A DNA stretch of 64,000 nt. It comes from Pseudomonadota bacterium. Lineage in GTDB: Bacteria; Pseudomonadota; Gammaproteobacteria; Pseudomonadales; JADFDG01. Positions 27,527 to 37,515 of the stretch are shown one piece after another. The translations under genes were made by a program, and so were the position numbers. Within the stretch, counting starts at the first letter, position 1. Every line of letters starts with the position of its first letter. The stretch is from NCBI GenBank assembly GCA_049323295.1, contig JBMOON010000050.1, positions 344,790 through 408,789 on the forward strand, given 5' to 3'. Below the pieces are notes generated by a model. It made no database searches. It had not been told where the DNA came from and saw only the letters and a list, made by a program, of their open reading frames with translations.

Positions 27527-30280
27527 TCACTGCGTGCCGTAGGCCCGCAGGGCGGCGCGCAACTCGTTCAGGTCGACCGGCTTGGCCATGTGCGCATCCA
27601 TGCCCGATTGCCGGCAGCGCTCCTTGATCTCCTTCAGGATGTGCGCCGACAGCGCAATGATCGGCGTGCGGCGCCGTGCGTTGTCGATCTCCCAGGCACG
27701 GATGCGGCGGGTTGCCTCGTAGCCGTCCATCACCGGCATCTCGCAATCCATCAGCAACAGGTCGTAGCGCTGGTGCTGCATTGCTTCCAGCGCCTCCTGG
27801 CCGTTGTTGACGACGTCGTTGCGCACGCCGAGTTTGGCCAGCATGCCGCGGATGACCTTCTGGCTGAGCGTGTTGTCTTCCACCACCAGCACCCGCAGGT
27901 TCGGCGACAGTGGCGAGTTGCTGCCCGCTTCCGGTTCGAAGCGTTCCCGCCGGGCCAGCTCCTCGATCAGGGTGGCCTGCAGGGCACGACCGGATACCGG
28001 TTTGGTCAGTACGCGCCGGATGCCGACGTTGCGTGCCATGGTTTCGGTCGGTGCGATATTGAGACCGGTCAGCATCACGATCAGCGCATCCTGGCGGATC
28101 AGCGGATCTTCCTTGATGCGGGCGGCCAGCTGCAGGCCGCTCATGCCGGGCATGTTGTGATCGAGCACGACGATGTCGAAGGAGGCGCCGAGGTTGGCCT
28201 GCGTGCGGGCGATGGCCAGAGCCTCCTGCGCATTGTCGGCGCAGGTCACTGACATCCGCCAGGCGGTGGCCTGGGTTTCGATGACCCGTCGCACCGCGGC
28301 GTTGTCGTCGACCACCAGCAGGCGCTTGCCGGCGAGAATGCCGGTGTCTGCCGTGCTGTGCTGTTCGAGGGCGGCCGGCAGCGGCAGGGTGATCCAGAAC
28401 ACGCTGCCGCGATGCTCCTCGCTGTGCGCACCGATGCGGCCGCCCATGCGCTCCACCAGTTGCCGGGCAATGAACAGGCCGAAGCCGCGGTTCTCGCCGC
28501 CGCCGGGCTCGCCGGCCTTGTCGAACAGCGTGGCCAGGCGATCGCGCGAAATACCGACCCCCGTGTCGCGGAGTTCGATGCGGACGACGTGCGGTTGTTC
28601 GGTCGCCATGATGTGCAGCTGTACTTCGCCGCGATGTGTGTAGCGCACCGCATTGCCGATCAGGTTGCACAGTACCTGACGCAGGCGTGCCGGATCGCCG
28701 TTCACCCGTACCGGAATCTCGGGCGCCATGTCGACGATCAGTTCGACCTGTTTTTCCTCGGCGCGCAACTGCACCGTTTCCACGCTGTCGGCGATCAGCT
28801 GCTGCAGGTCGAAATCGACATGCTGGATTTCCAGCTGCCCCGATTCGAGACGGGTCCAGTCCAGGGTTTCGTTGAGCAGCGCCAGCAGGGTTTCACCGCT
28901 GGCGCGGATGGTATGGGTGTATTCGCGCTGTCGCGGCGTCAGCGAGGTGTCGCCGAGCAGCTCGGTCATGCCGAGAATCCCGTTGAGCGGCGTACGTACG
29001 TCATGGCTGAAGCGCGAGAGGAATTCGCTGCGGGCATTCAGTTCCGCCTGTTCGATCGCTGCGTTCAACCGCGCCTGCGCTGCGGTGCGGGTGGTGCGCT
29101 GGCGCCGCGCGTACAGCATCCATACGATCACCATTCCTTCGAGGCCGGCGCCGATCACCAGCAGCAGTCCGTCGCGGATGGGCAGGGTTATCCAGCCCAG
29201 TTCGCCGAAGACCACCAGCCCCCCGCAGGCAGCACTGAGCAGGCGGGCGACCAGATAGCGCGGGGCATCCGGACAGCCTGAACGCATGGCGATCCATGCC
29301 GCGTAGAGCGTCATCGGCATCGCGAGGGCGGCCAGCGTGGTGTACATCGGCCCGCGTTGCGACGCTTCCACCAGCGGCAATACCACCAGCACGACAATCC
29401 CGGCGATGGCGAGATAGACCATGGCCTGATCGACGGCCGGCTGCCGTTCGCGCGTCTGCAACAGCTCGCGCGCGAACTGCATGGCAGTCAGGGTGGCGAG
29501 GGTTGCGGCACAGGATTCGATCAGCGGCTGGACCGAGGGGCCGCGCAGCAACAGGACTCCGGCGAAGCCCAGTCGGGCCAGCAGGAAGGCAATCACCGCC
29601 AGCAGGAAAACCGTGTACCAGGCAAACACCGTGTCGCGCGACAGCAACCAGGCGGCCGCGTTGAACAGCACCAGGCCGACCAGAATGCCGAGGAAAATGC
29701 CGACGACGATCTGGCTGACGCCCTGCGCATAGGAAAACCCCGACGGTGTCTGGGCGTGCAGCGAAAAATCGAGGGGCAGATCGGACTGGACGCGGAACCA
29801 GAACACTTCGGTGGTGCCCGGCGGAATGTCCGCCCGGAACAGGAAGTGCTGGTGGGCGAGGTCGCCGACCACTTTTTCCGTCGCGGTGCCGGCGCGGGTG
29901 AGGGTGAACCCGGAGGCGGTCTGGCGGTGCAACTCGATGATGGAGAGGCGCGGATGCGGTATTTCCAGCAGCAGCGACTCCGGAGCGGCGTGCGTGTTCT
30001 GGATGGCGAGACGGAACCAGTACGAGCTGCGCGTGTAGCCGAAATGCAGTTCGTCGCGATCGGCGACAGTAAAGCGTGCGGGATCGAGCCGGCTCACTTC
30101 TGCCGCCGACAGGTTGCCGTCGGGATCTTCCAGCCAGGCAACAAACAGTCCGAGCGAGGTGCGCTCGGACGAATCGATGATCGGGTAGGGCGGCGCCCAG
30201 GCGGCGGCGGCCAGGGGCCACAGCAGGACGGCGAACAGCAGCGCGACGCGCACCGGCAATGCCCGGAGCACGCCGGCCAT
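27527..30280 (-). CDS. Hybrid sensor histidine kinase with 7TMR-DISM extracellular and 7-TM domains and two receiver domains
   Basis: 917 aa. Domain order: signal/TM, DISMED2-like domain (GYTRSSYWFRLAIQN), 7 TMs, HisKA (SRFSHDVRTPLNG), HATPase (GFGLFIARQLV), then REC1 (LLVVDDNAAV...VLDHNMPGMSG) and REC2 (VLVVEDNTLS...LMDCEMPVMDG). It starts 2 nt after the upstream CNB-rhodanese gene. Confidence 0.88.
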   Translation of the reverse strand: MAGVLRALPVRVALLFAVLLWPLAAAAWAPPYPIIDSSERTSLGLFVAWLEDPDGNLSAAEVSRLDPARFTVADRDELHFGYTRSSYWFRLAIQNTHAAPESLLLEIPHPRLSIIELHRQTASGFTLTRAGTATEKVVGDLAHQHFLFRADIPPGTTEVFWFRVQSDLPLDFSLHAQTPSGFSYAQGVSQIVVGIFLGILVGLVLFNAAAWLLSRDTVFAWYTVFLLAVIAFLLARLGFAGVLLLRGPSVQPLIESCAATLATLTAMQFARELLQTRERQPAVDQAMVYLAIAGIVVLVVLPLVEASQRGPMYTTLAALAMPMTLYAAWIAMRSGCPDAPRYLVARLLSAACGGLVVFGELGWITLPIRDGLLLVIGAGLEGMVIVWMLYARRQRTTRTAAQARLNAAIEQAELNARSEFLSRFSHDVRTPLNGILGMTELLGDTSLTPRQREYTHTIRASGETLLALLNETLDWTRLESGQLEIQHVDFDLQQLIADSVETVQLRAEEKQVELIVDMAPEIPVRVNGDPARLRQVLCNLIGNAVRYTHRGEVQLHIMATEQPHVVRIELRDTGVGISRDRLATLFDKAGEPGGGENRGFGLFIARQLVERMGGRIGAHSEEHRGSVFWITLPLPAALEQHSTADTGILAGKRLLVVDDNAAVRRVIETQATAWRMSVTCADNAQEALAIARTQANLGASFDIVVLDHNMPGMSGLQLAARIKEDPLIRQDALIVMLTGLNIAPTETMARNVGIRRVLTKPVSGRALQATLIEELARRERFEPEAGSNSPLSPNLRVLVVEDNTLSQKVIRGMLAKLGVRNDVVNNGQEALEAMQHQRYDLLLMDCEMPVMDGYEATRRIRAWEIDNARRRTPIIALSAHILKEIKERCRQSGMDAHMAKPVDLNELRAALRAYGTQ

Positions 30281-30282
30281 CC

Positions 30283-31350
30283 TTATTCCTTGACCTCGGC
30301 CTTTTCCGTCACCGGCTTCGGCTTGCGCTTGAGCACCAGTGCCCGCAGTCCGGCTTCATTGAGCAGGTAGGCGCCGATTTCACTGCGCCGGCCGCCATCG
30401 CAGGTCACGACGTAGGTGAACACCTTCTCCAGGTCGCGAATTTCCTTGCGCAGTTCCGGCAGCGGGATGTTGCGTGCATGCGCGAGATGATCGTGCTTGA
30501 ACTCGAGCGGCAGGCGCACGTCGATCAGCACCACGCCTTCCTCGGCCTCGTCGACCATCTTCTGGTACTGCTCCTCGGTCACCTGCTGGATCACCGGCTC
30601 CTTGAGCAGCTTGATGAAGCTTTCCTTGTCCAGCGCCATCACCACGCCGTCGGTCGTCATGGTGATGGTGGCGTTGCGCTTGGTGTCGCCGATCAGTGCG
30701 TCTTCGCCGAAGCAGGCGCCGTTCTTCAGCGCGGCCAGCGTTTTCTGGTTGCTGCCGGTGCCGCGGGTGACCAGTGCCCGGCCTTCCTTGATGACATAGA
30801 ACGCGTCGCCGTCGTCACCCTCGCGGATGATGACGTCGCCCAGATGGACTTCCTTTTCCTTGAACTTGACGAACAGTTGCTGGATGTTGGCCGGCGGCAC
30901 CTGGGAAAACAGGTCGGAGGCCAGCAGTGCCTCCATCCAGTCGGTGTTGCCGTCGTCCGGCTGGTCGTCGTCGTCGAGCGACTCGGCGGCCTGGCTCCAG
31001 GTCAGCACCAGGTCCAGGTGGTCGCGGTCGATGCTGACCACGAGGCAGTCGCTGTTGGTGATCGCGGACACCCGGTGCTCGGCGTAGTTGTCCAGCGCGA
31101 GGTAGTTCTCGGGATCGTCGGCGGCCAGTTTGCGGACCACGAAGGCCGCATCGGCCAGGTCGACCGAGCCCTTGAGCAGGAAATGGCACTTCGGGTCCTG
31201 CTGCCCGCGCTTGAAGAGAACCTTGCCCTTGCCCAGCCGGGCGACGGCCAGTTTCGGGGCGAGGTCCCGCAGGTGGGCATCCGAGAGCGAGTCGAACGGC
31301 GTAAACTCCTTCAGCCGTTCAAGGTCGATATCCTGCATCTGGTCTGTCAT
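30283..31350 (-). CDS. Tandem cyclic-nucleotide-binding domain protein with C-terminal rhodanese domain
   Basis: Track ORF trimmed to MTDQMQDIDLERL (ATG at 31348-31350). CNB1 is degenerate, with no FGE/R-x-A cassette. CNB2 is canonical (FGEDALIGDTKRNATI). The rhodanese domain has the active-site loop CDGGRRS (Cys codon 30400-30402). Confidence 0.85.
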   Translation of the reverse strand: MTDQMQDIDLERLKEFTPFDSLSDAHLRDLAPKLAVARLGKGKVLFKRGQQDPKCHFLLKGSVDLADAAFVVRKLAADDPENYLALDNYAEHRVSAITNSDCLVVSIDRDHLDLVLTWSQAAESLDDDDQPDDGNTDWMEALLASDLFSQVPPANIQQLFVKFKEKEVHLGDVIIREGDDGDAFYVIKEGRALVTRGTGSNQKTLAALKNGACFGEDALIGDTKRNATITMTTDGVVMALDKESFIKLLKEPVIQQVTEEQYQKMVDEAEEGVVLIDVRLPLEFKHDHLAHARNIPLPELRKEIRDLEKVFTYVVTCDGGRRSEIGAYLLNEAGLRALVLKRKPKPVTEKAEVKE

Positions 31351-31457
31351 CGTGCTTCCCGGGCGATGAATCGCAAGGACGACCCCCGGCGGCGAACATG
31401 GAAGCGCCACCACAACAAAGACAAGGGGGCCCGTGACTGGCGGGCCAAGTATGACGT

Positions 31458-33692
31458 ATGCGCCAAACCTTGATAAGGGCGTTGCGCCGGGTCGCCCGGC
31501 CGCTGGGCATCGTACTGATCATTGCCGCGGCCTTCTATCACGCCGCGCTGGGGCTGTATGCGCCGCCGATGCTGGAGCGCCTCGATGCCCTGCTGTATGA
31601 CCTGCGCTTCCGCCTGGCCCTCGCGCCGCCGCCACCGGCACACAAGATCGTGATCGTCGACATCGACGAGCGCAGCCAGGAGGCCGAAGGCCGCTGGCCG
31701 TGGTCGCGGGTGAAGATGGGGCACATGCTCTCGGAGCTGTACGGATCCGGCGTCGTCATCACCGGCTTCGACGTGACCTTTCCCGAGCCGGAGCGCAATC
31801 CGGTGGACGAGGTACTGACCGACCGGACCGTGGCCTCCCAGGTCGGTGGCCTGCTGCGCGCCGAGCGGCGGCGCTTCGATGCCGACACGATTTTCTCCCG
31901 CGATGTCGCGAAGGGCGAAACGGTGCTCGGATTCTTCCTGCACAACGATTCGGCCACCACCATCGGCGCGCTGCCGCCGCCGATGTTCACCCTGGCGCCG
32001 GAAGAGCGCGATGTCCTGATGGTGCCGGAATTCATCGGCTATGCCGGCAACCGGCCGGTGATCCAGGAAGCCGCCGCCGGCGCCGGCAGCCTGTCGACCC
32101 AGCCCGATGTCGACGGCGTCGTGCGCCGGTCGCCGATGATCTATCGCGTGGGCGATGATCTGTATCCCTCGTTGTCGCTGGAGATCGCCCGCCGCTTCCT
32201 CGTGGTCGACCACATAGCGCTGGAAACGGCGATGCAGAACGATACGGTGGTGATCGAGGCAATCACCGTCGGCAACAGCCGGATCCCCACCGATGCCGGC
32301 GGGCGGGCAGTGGTTCCCTATCGCGGCGGCGCGAAGAGTTTTCCCTACATTCCGGCTACCGACGTGATCCGCGGCACCCTGACGCCGGAACAGCGAGAGC
32401 AGTTGCAGGGGGCGATCGTGCTGGTTGGTACCTCGGCGCTGGGTCTGAAGGATCTGCGGTCGACGCCGCTGGGCACCAACTATCCCGGGGTCGAGGTGCA
32501 CGCCAACCTGCTCGATGCCATCCTCGGCAGCACGCCGCCGGAAACGCGCTTCTGGCACCGGCCGGATTACGAGATCGGCGCCACGGTGGTGATCATCGCG
32601 CTGATCGGCCTGATGATCGTGCTGGTGCAGCCGAAACTGGGTGCCGGTGGCCAGTTGCTGTTCAGCCTGCTCACCATCGGCATCGTGATCGGCAGCAACT
32701 ACCTGCTGTGGATCTACGCGAAGATCGACTTCCCGCTGTCGCCACCGCTGGTCACCATTGTGGCGCTCAATGCGCTGTTCATGGTGCTTGGCTTCCTCGA
32801 GGAAACGCAGCGCCGGGCGCAGATCCACAACATGTTCGGCCAGTACGTGGCGCCGGTGCATATCAACCGGTTGCTGGAGCATCCCGAACAGGTGTCGTTC
32901 GAAGGCGAATCGAAGGAAATGACGGTCCTGTTCTCCGACGTCCGTTCGTTCACTACCATTTCGGAAAAACTTTCGGCGCAGGAGCTGAAGCAGCTGTTGA
33001 ACCGCTACTTCACGCCGATCACGAAGATCATCTTCGACAACCATGGCACCATCGACAAATACGTCGGCGACATGGTGATGGCCTTCTGGGGTGCGCCGCT
33101 GGACGACGACCGGCACGCCGAACACGCCGTCGACGCGGCGCTGGCCATGCTGCAGAAGGTGAACGAGCTGAAGGAGCAGTTCGGTGCCGAGGGCCTGCCG
33201 CGCATCGATGTCGGCATCGGCATCAATTCCGGGCCGATGAACGTCGGCGACATGGGATCAAGCTATCGCCGTGCCTACACGGTGCTGGGCGATGCGGTGA
33301 ACCTGGGATCGCGCCTGGAGAGCGCCACCAAGCAGTACGGTCTGCGCCTGCTGGTCGGCGAGACGACGGCCGCGCAGTGCCCCGATCATCTGTTGCGGCT
33401 GATCGACCGCCTGCAGGTCAAGGGAAAAACCGAACCGGTGAAGGTGTACGAGCCGCTGTGCCGCCTGCGCGAGGCGACGCCGCAGCAGATCGCCAGTCTC
33501 GAGCGCTGGCATCGGGCGCTCGACCATTACTTCGGACAGCGCTGGAGCGACGCGGAAAACGAGCTCGGCGAACTGCTTGCGCTGGAACCCGAATGCAAGC
33601 TGTACGGGATCTTCCTGGAGCGCATTGCCGCGCTGCGTGCCGCGCCGCCGGCCGCCGACTGGGACGGCGTGTACGTGCTGAAGGAAAAGTGA
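31458..33692 (+). CDS. CHASE2 sensor-domain class III adenylate cyclase
   Basis: 744 aa. The N-terminal TM and CHASE2-like periplasmic domain (IVIVDIDERS...RWPWSR) are followed by TMs and a cyclase domain (TVLFSDVRSFT, DKYVGDMVMAFWGAP, VLGDAVNLGSRLES). The substrate-specifying Lys plus Thr suggests a class IIIb adenylate cyclase. Confidence 0.9.
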   Translation: MRQTLIRALRRVARPLGIVLIIAAAFYHAALGLYAPPMLERLDALLYDLRFRLALAPPPPAHKIVIVDIDERSQEAEGRWPWSRVKMGHMLSELYGSGVVITGFDVTFPEPERNPVDEVLTDRTVASQVGGLLRAERRRFDADTIFSRDVAKGETVLGFFLHNDSATTIGALPPPMFTLAPEERDVLMVPEFIGYAGNRPVIQEAAAGAGSLSTQPDVDGVVRRSPMIYRVGDDLYPSLSLEIARRFLVVDHIALETAMQNDTVVIEAITVGNSRIPTDAGGRAVVPYRGGAKSFPYIPATDVIRGTLTPEQREQLQGAIVLVGTSALGLKDLRSTPLGTNYPGVEVHANLLDAILGSTPPETRFWHRPDYEIGATVVIIALIGLMIVLVQPKLGAGGQLLFSLLTIGIVIGSNYLLWIYAKIDFPLSPPLVTIVALNALFMVLGFLEETQRRAQIHNMFGQYVAPVHINRLLEHPEQVSFEGESKEMTVLFSDVRSFTTISEKLSAQELKQLLNRYFTPITKIIFDNHGTIDKYVGDMVMAFWGAPLDDDRHAEHAVDAALAMLQKVNELKEQFGAEGLPRIDVGIGINSGPMNVGDMGSSYRRAYTVLGDAVNLGSRLESATKQYGLRLLVGETTAAQCPDHLLRLIDRLQVKGKTEPVKVYEPLCRLREATPQQIASLERWHRALDHYFGQRWSDAENELGELLALEPECKLYGIFLERIAALRAAPPAADWDGVYVLKEK

Positions 33693-33703
33693 TCCGCGCG
33701 CAC

Positions 33704-33727
33704 GATCCGGCCGCGCGCGGCCGGATC
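33704..33727. terminator. Perfect 24-bp GC-rich palindrome between convergent genes (possible U-tract-less bidirectional terminator)
   Basis: The sequence gatccggccgcgcgcggccggatc is self-complementary. It begins 12 nt after the cyclase stop and overlaps the stop codon of the DUF2937-like gene. It has no T-run. Confidence 0.4.
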
Positions 33728-34262
33728 AGGCCTGGCTGCGGCGACGCTGGGCCTGGCTGCGGGCGCGCAGCCGGTTGAAGCCGGCGCCAAGGGCGGCCAG
33801 CAGGCCGTCGACCAGGGCGCCCAGCACGAAGGCGGCAACCAGCGCGCAGACGATTGCGGTCGGCGTCAGCGGGACGGTGGCCACATAGCCGTCGAGCGTT
33901 TCCCGGCGCAATTCGGGATCGGCGCGCAGTGCGACATGCGCCAGCTGGTGCACGAAGCTGCCGGACAGGGCGGCCTGTTCGGCGCGCAGATGCTGCAGCC
34001 GCTGCCAGAGCTTGCGAATGGGCTCCGCTTCGGCGTGGAAAACGCGGTCCGTGCTTTGCTCGTGGTGCAGGATCAGCCGGTCGACGCTGCCGTCGAAATA
34101 CTGGTCGGCAATTTGCTGGAAGCCGGCAAAATTGACGGTGACTTCGTTGAGGTGCGCCGTCACCCGGTGCTCGTACTGGGTGACGACGTTCGGTGCCTGC
34201 ACGCCGACCAGGATGCCCAGCGCGAAGGCGACGCGGGCGAGGTTGTCGCGGATGAAGCTCAT
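33726..34262 (-). CDS. Hypothetical membrane-associated protein (DUF2937-like)
   Basis: 178 aa with an N-terminal hydrophobic segment and a C-terminal TM (TAIVCALVAAFVLGALVDGLLAAL). The family assignment is from memory and tentative. Confidence 0.65.
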   Translation of the reverse strand: MSFIRDNLARVAFALGILVGVQAPNVVTQYEHRVTAHLNEVTVNFAGFQQIADQYFDGSVDRLILHHEQSTDRVFHAEAEPIRKLWQRLQHLRAEQAALSGSFVHQLAHVALRADPELRRETLDGYVATVPLTPTAIVCALVAAFVLGALVDGLLAALGAGFNRLRARSQAQRRRSQA

Positions 34263-34290
34263 GGGGACTCCGTTCCCGCAACCGGCGGGC

Positions 34291-35577
34291 CTAGCGGGCT
34301 TTTTCCCGGAGAATAGCGCGCCAGCCGATGTCCGTGCGGTGGTATTCGTCGCGCCATGTGACGCGCTTCACGAGCCGGTAGGCTCGTTCCTGCGCTTCCG
34401 ACACGGTCTGGCCCAGGGCAGTGGCGCAGAGCACGCGGCCGCCGTTGGTGGTGACCTGCCCGTCGACCAGTTTCGTGCCGGCGTGAAAGATCTTTTCGCC
34501 GGCGGTTTCCGTTTGCGGCAGACCGGCGATGACATCGCCCTTGCGCACGTCGCCCGGATAGCCGCCGGCGGCCATCACCACGCCGACCGACTGCCGCGGA
34601 TCCCAGTCGGCTTTGGTCTCGCCGAGTTTGCCGGCCAGCCCGGCTTCCACCAGCGACACCAGCGAGGTCTGCAGGCGCAGCATGATCGGCTGCGTTTCCG
34701 GATCGCCGAAGCGGCAGTTGAATTCGATCACTTTCGGCGCGCCGTCCCTGGTGATCATCAGGCCGGCATAGAGAAAGCCGGTGTACACGTTGTTCTCGCC
34801 CGCCATGCCGCGCACGGTGGGCTCGATCACTTCGCGCATCACCCGTGCGTGCACGTCCGGCGTCACCACCGGCGCCGGCGAATAGGCGCCCATGCCGCCG
34901 GTGTTGGGGCCGGTATCGGCGTCGCCGATGCGCTTGTGGTCCTGGCTGGTGGCCATCGGCAGCGCGTGTTTGCCGTCGACCATCACGATGAAGCTGGCTT
35001 CCTCGCCGTCGAGGAACTCCTCGATGACCACGCGCGAGCCGGCGGCGCCGAAAGCGTTGCCGGAGAGCATGTCGATCACGGCGGCTTCCGCCTCGCCGAG
35101 CGTCATCGCCACGATCACGCCCTTGCCGGCGGCCAGGCCGTCGGCCTTCACGACGATCGGTGCGCCTTTTTCCTTCAGGTAGGCCAGCGCGGCGTCGGTG
35201 TCGGTGAAGGTGCGGTATTCGGCAGTCGGGATCCTGTGGCGTGCCAGGAAATCCTTGGCGAAGGCTTTTGAGCCTTCCAGTTGCGCGGCTTTCGCGGTCG
35301 GTCCCCAGATCGGCAGACCGGCGGCGCGGAAGGCGTCGACAGCGCCGTTCACCAGCGGCGCTTCCGGGCCGACGATGGTCAGCTGCACGTTCGCTTTCGC
35401 GAAGGCGACCAGCGCGGCGTTGTCGAGAATGTCGAGCGCGACGTTCTCGCATTTCGCTTCGGTGGCGGTGCCGGCGTTGCCCGGTGCAACGTAAACCTTC
35501 GTTACGCGCGGGTCCTGCGCGCATTTCCACGCCAGCGCGTGCTCGCGGCCGCCGGAACCGAGGATCAGGATCTGCAT
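34291..35577 (-). CDS. purD: Phosphoribosylamine-glycine ligase
   Basis: 428 aa. The product starts MQILILGSGGREHALAWK and has an ATP-grasp core (VVKADGLAAGKGV), typical of PurD. Confidence 0.95.
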   Translation of the reverse strand: MQILILGSGGREHALAWKCAQDPRVTKVYVAPGNAGTATEAKCENVALDILDNAALVAFAKANVQLTIVGPEAPLVNGAVDAFRAAGLPIWGPTAKAAQLEGSKAFAKDFLARHRIPTAEYRTFTDTDAALAYLKEKGAPIVVKADGLAAGKGVIVAMTLGEAEAAVIDMLSGNAFGAAGSRVVIEEFLDGEEASFIVMVDGKHALPMATSQDHKRIGDADTGPNTGGMGAYSPAPVVTPDVHARVMREVIEPTVRGMAGENNVYTGFLYAGLMITRDGAPKVIEFNCRFGDPETQPIMLRLQTSLVSLVEAGLAGKLGETKADWDPRQSVGVVMAAGGYPGDVRKGDVIAGLPQTETAGEKIFHAGTKLVDGQVTTNGGRVLCATALGQTVSEAQERAYRLVKRVTWRDEYHRTDIGWRAILREKAR

Positions 35578-35587
35578 TGTCTCAACC

Positions 35588-37201
35588 TTAGTGCCTGAAG
35601 TGGCGCATGCCGGTGAACACCATCGCCATGCCGGCCTCGTCGGCGGCGGCGATCACTTCGGCATCGCGCATCGAGCCGCCGGGCTGGATGACGCAGGCAA
35701 TGCCGGCTTTCGCCGCATTGTCGATGCCGTCACGGAACGGGAAAAAGGCGTCCGACGCCATCACGGCGCCCTTTACCGCGAGGCCCGCGTGTTCGGCCTT
35801 GATGGCGGCAATGCGCGCGCTGTTGACGCGGCTCATCTGGCCGGCGCCGACGCCGACGGTCTGGCGATTCCTGGCATAGACGATGGCATTGGACTTCACG
35901 AACTTCGCCACTTTCCAGGCGAAGATCAGATCGTGCATCTCGGCTTCGGTCGGCGCGCGTTTGGTCACCACCTTGAGATCGGCTTCCCTGATCATGCCGA
36001 TGTCGAGGTCCTGCACCAGCAGGCCGCCGTTCACGCGCTTGAAGTCGAACTGGGCATGGCGTTCCGGAGACCACTCGCCGCATTCCAGCACGCGAACGTT
36101 CTGCTTGGCCTTCGTCACTTCGAGAGCTGCCGCGGAAACCTTCGGTGCGATGATCACTTCCACGAACTGGCGGTCGACGATGGCTTTTGCGGTGCCGGCA
36201 TCGAGTTCGCGGTTGAAGGCGATGATGCCGCCGAAGGCCGATTCGCTGTCCGTTGCATAGGCCAGGTCATAGGCCTTGCGGATGCCGCCGTCGGCCTCCG
36301 GCACCACGGCGACGCCGCAGGGGTTGGCGTGCTTGACGATGACGCAGGCCGGCTTCACGAACGATTTCACGCATTCCAGCGCGGCGTCGGTGTCGGCGAT
36401 GTTGTTGTAGCTGAGTTCCTTGCCCTGCAGCTGGCGGGCGGTCGAGACGCAGGCTTCCTTCGGCTGCGCTTCCATGTAGAAGGCGCTGCGCTGGTGCGGG
36501 TTCTCGCCGTAGCGCATGTCCTGCGCCTTCAGGTATTGCAGGTTGTACGTGCGCGGGAAGACTTCGCGTTTCGGATGCGCGTCGTAGGCGCTCTGCGGCT
36601 CGATCACGCCGAGCCAGTTGGCGATCATGCCGTCGTAGGCGGCGGTGTGCTCGAAGGCCTTCACCGCCAGATCGAAGCGCAGCGGAGTCGACAGTGCGCC
36701 GCCGTGCATGTCCATGTCGGCCAGTACGCGATGGTAATCGACGCTGTTGACCACGATGCCGACGTGCGCGTGGTTCTTGGCCGCCGAGCGGACCATGGTC
36801 GGGCCGCCGATGTCGATGTTCTCGATGGCGTCTTCCAGCGTGCAGCCCGGCTTCGCCACGGTGGCGGCGAACGGATACAGGTTGACCACCACCAGATCGA
36901 TGCCGCGGATGCCGTGCTGCTGCATCACTGCGTCGTCCTGGCCGCGGCGGCCGAGGATGCCGCCGTGCACTTTCGGATGCAGCGTTTTCACGCGGCCATC
37001 CATCATTTCCGGGAAACCGGTGTATTCGCTGACTTCGGTTACGGCGATGCCATTGTCCTTCACCAGCTTGTAGGTGCCGCCGGTCGAGAGCAGAGTGACG
37101 CCGCGCTTCACCAGCTCGCGGGCGAAATCGACGATGCCGTTCTTGTCGGAAACGGATAGCAGGGCGGTCTTGACGGGGCGTGCGACGTGTTCGGCAGACA
37201 T
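35588..37201 (-). CDS. purH: Bifunctional AICAR transformylase / IMP cyclohydrolase
   Basis: 537 aa with [25 protein letters not shown] and C-terminal MRHFRH, typical of PurH. Confidence 0.95.
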   Translation of the reverse strand: MSAEHVARPVKTALLSVSDKNGIVDFARELVKRGVTLLSTGGTYKLVKDNGIAVTEVSEYTGFPEMMDGRVKTLHPKVHGGILGRRGQDDAVMQQHGIRGIDLVVVNLYPFAATVAKPGCTLEDAIENIDIGGPTMVRSAAKNHAHVGIVVNSVDYHRVLADMDMHGGALSTPLRFDLAVKAFEHTAAYDGMIANWLGVIEPQSAYDAHPKREVFPRTYNLQYLKAQDMRYGENPHQRSAFYMEAQPKEACVSTARQLQGKELSYNNIADTDAALECVKSFVKPACVIVKHANPCGVAVVPEADGGIRKAYDLAYATDSESAFGGIIAFNRELDAGTAKAIVDRQFVEVIIAPKVSAAALEVTKAKQNVRVLECGEWSPERHAQFDFKRVNGGLLVQDLDIGMIREADLKVVTKRAPTEAEMHDLIFAWKVAKFVKSNAIVYARNRQTVGVGAGQMSRVNSARIAAIKAEHAGLAVKGAVMASDAFFPFRDGIDNAAKAGIACVIQPGGSMRDAEVIAAADEAGMAMVFTGMRHFRH

Positions 37202-37218
37202 GCGGACTTCAGCCTGGT

Positions 37219-37515
37219 TCAGATCAGTTTGTATTGCTTGAGTTTCTTGCGCAGCGTGCCGCGGTTCAGGCCGAGCACGATGGCAGCCTGCGTCTGGTTG
37301 CCGCGGGTGAATTCAAGCACGCGCGCCAGCAGCGGAGCTTCTACTTCGGCCAGCACCATGTCGTAGACGTTGACCACTTCCTCTTCGCCGAGCTGGCGGA
37401 AATAGTTGGCAACGGCCTGGTCGACGGCGTCGCGCAGCGTTTGCGTGCCGGTGGTGACGGCCAGTTGCACGCCGGCCGGCGCGGCGGCGTGCAGTGGTTT
37501 GGGTGCAGTGCTCAT
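37219..37515 (-). CDS. fis: DNA-binding protein Fis
   Basis: Track ORF trimmed to MSTAPKPLH (ATG at 37513-37515). The C-terminal [27 protein letters not shown] is the Fis HTH. The start overlaps the dusB stop by 4 nt, which is the classic dusB-fis operon arrangement. Confidence 0.93.
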   Translation of the reverse strand: MSTAPKPLHAAAPAGVQLAVTTGTQTLRDAVDQAVANYFRQLGEEEVVNVYDMVLAEVEAPLLARVLEFTRGNQTQAAIVLGLNRGTLRKKLKQYKLI

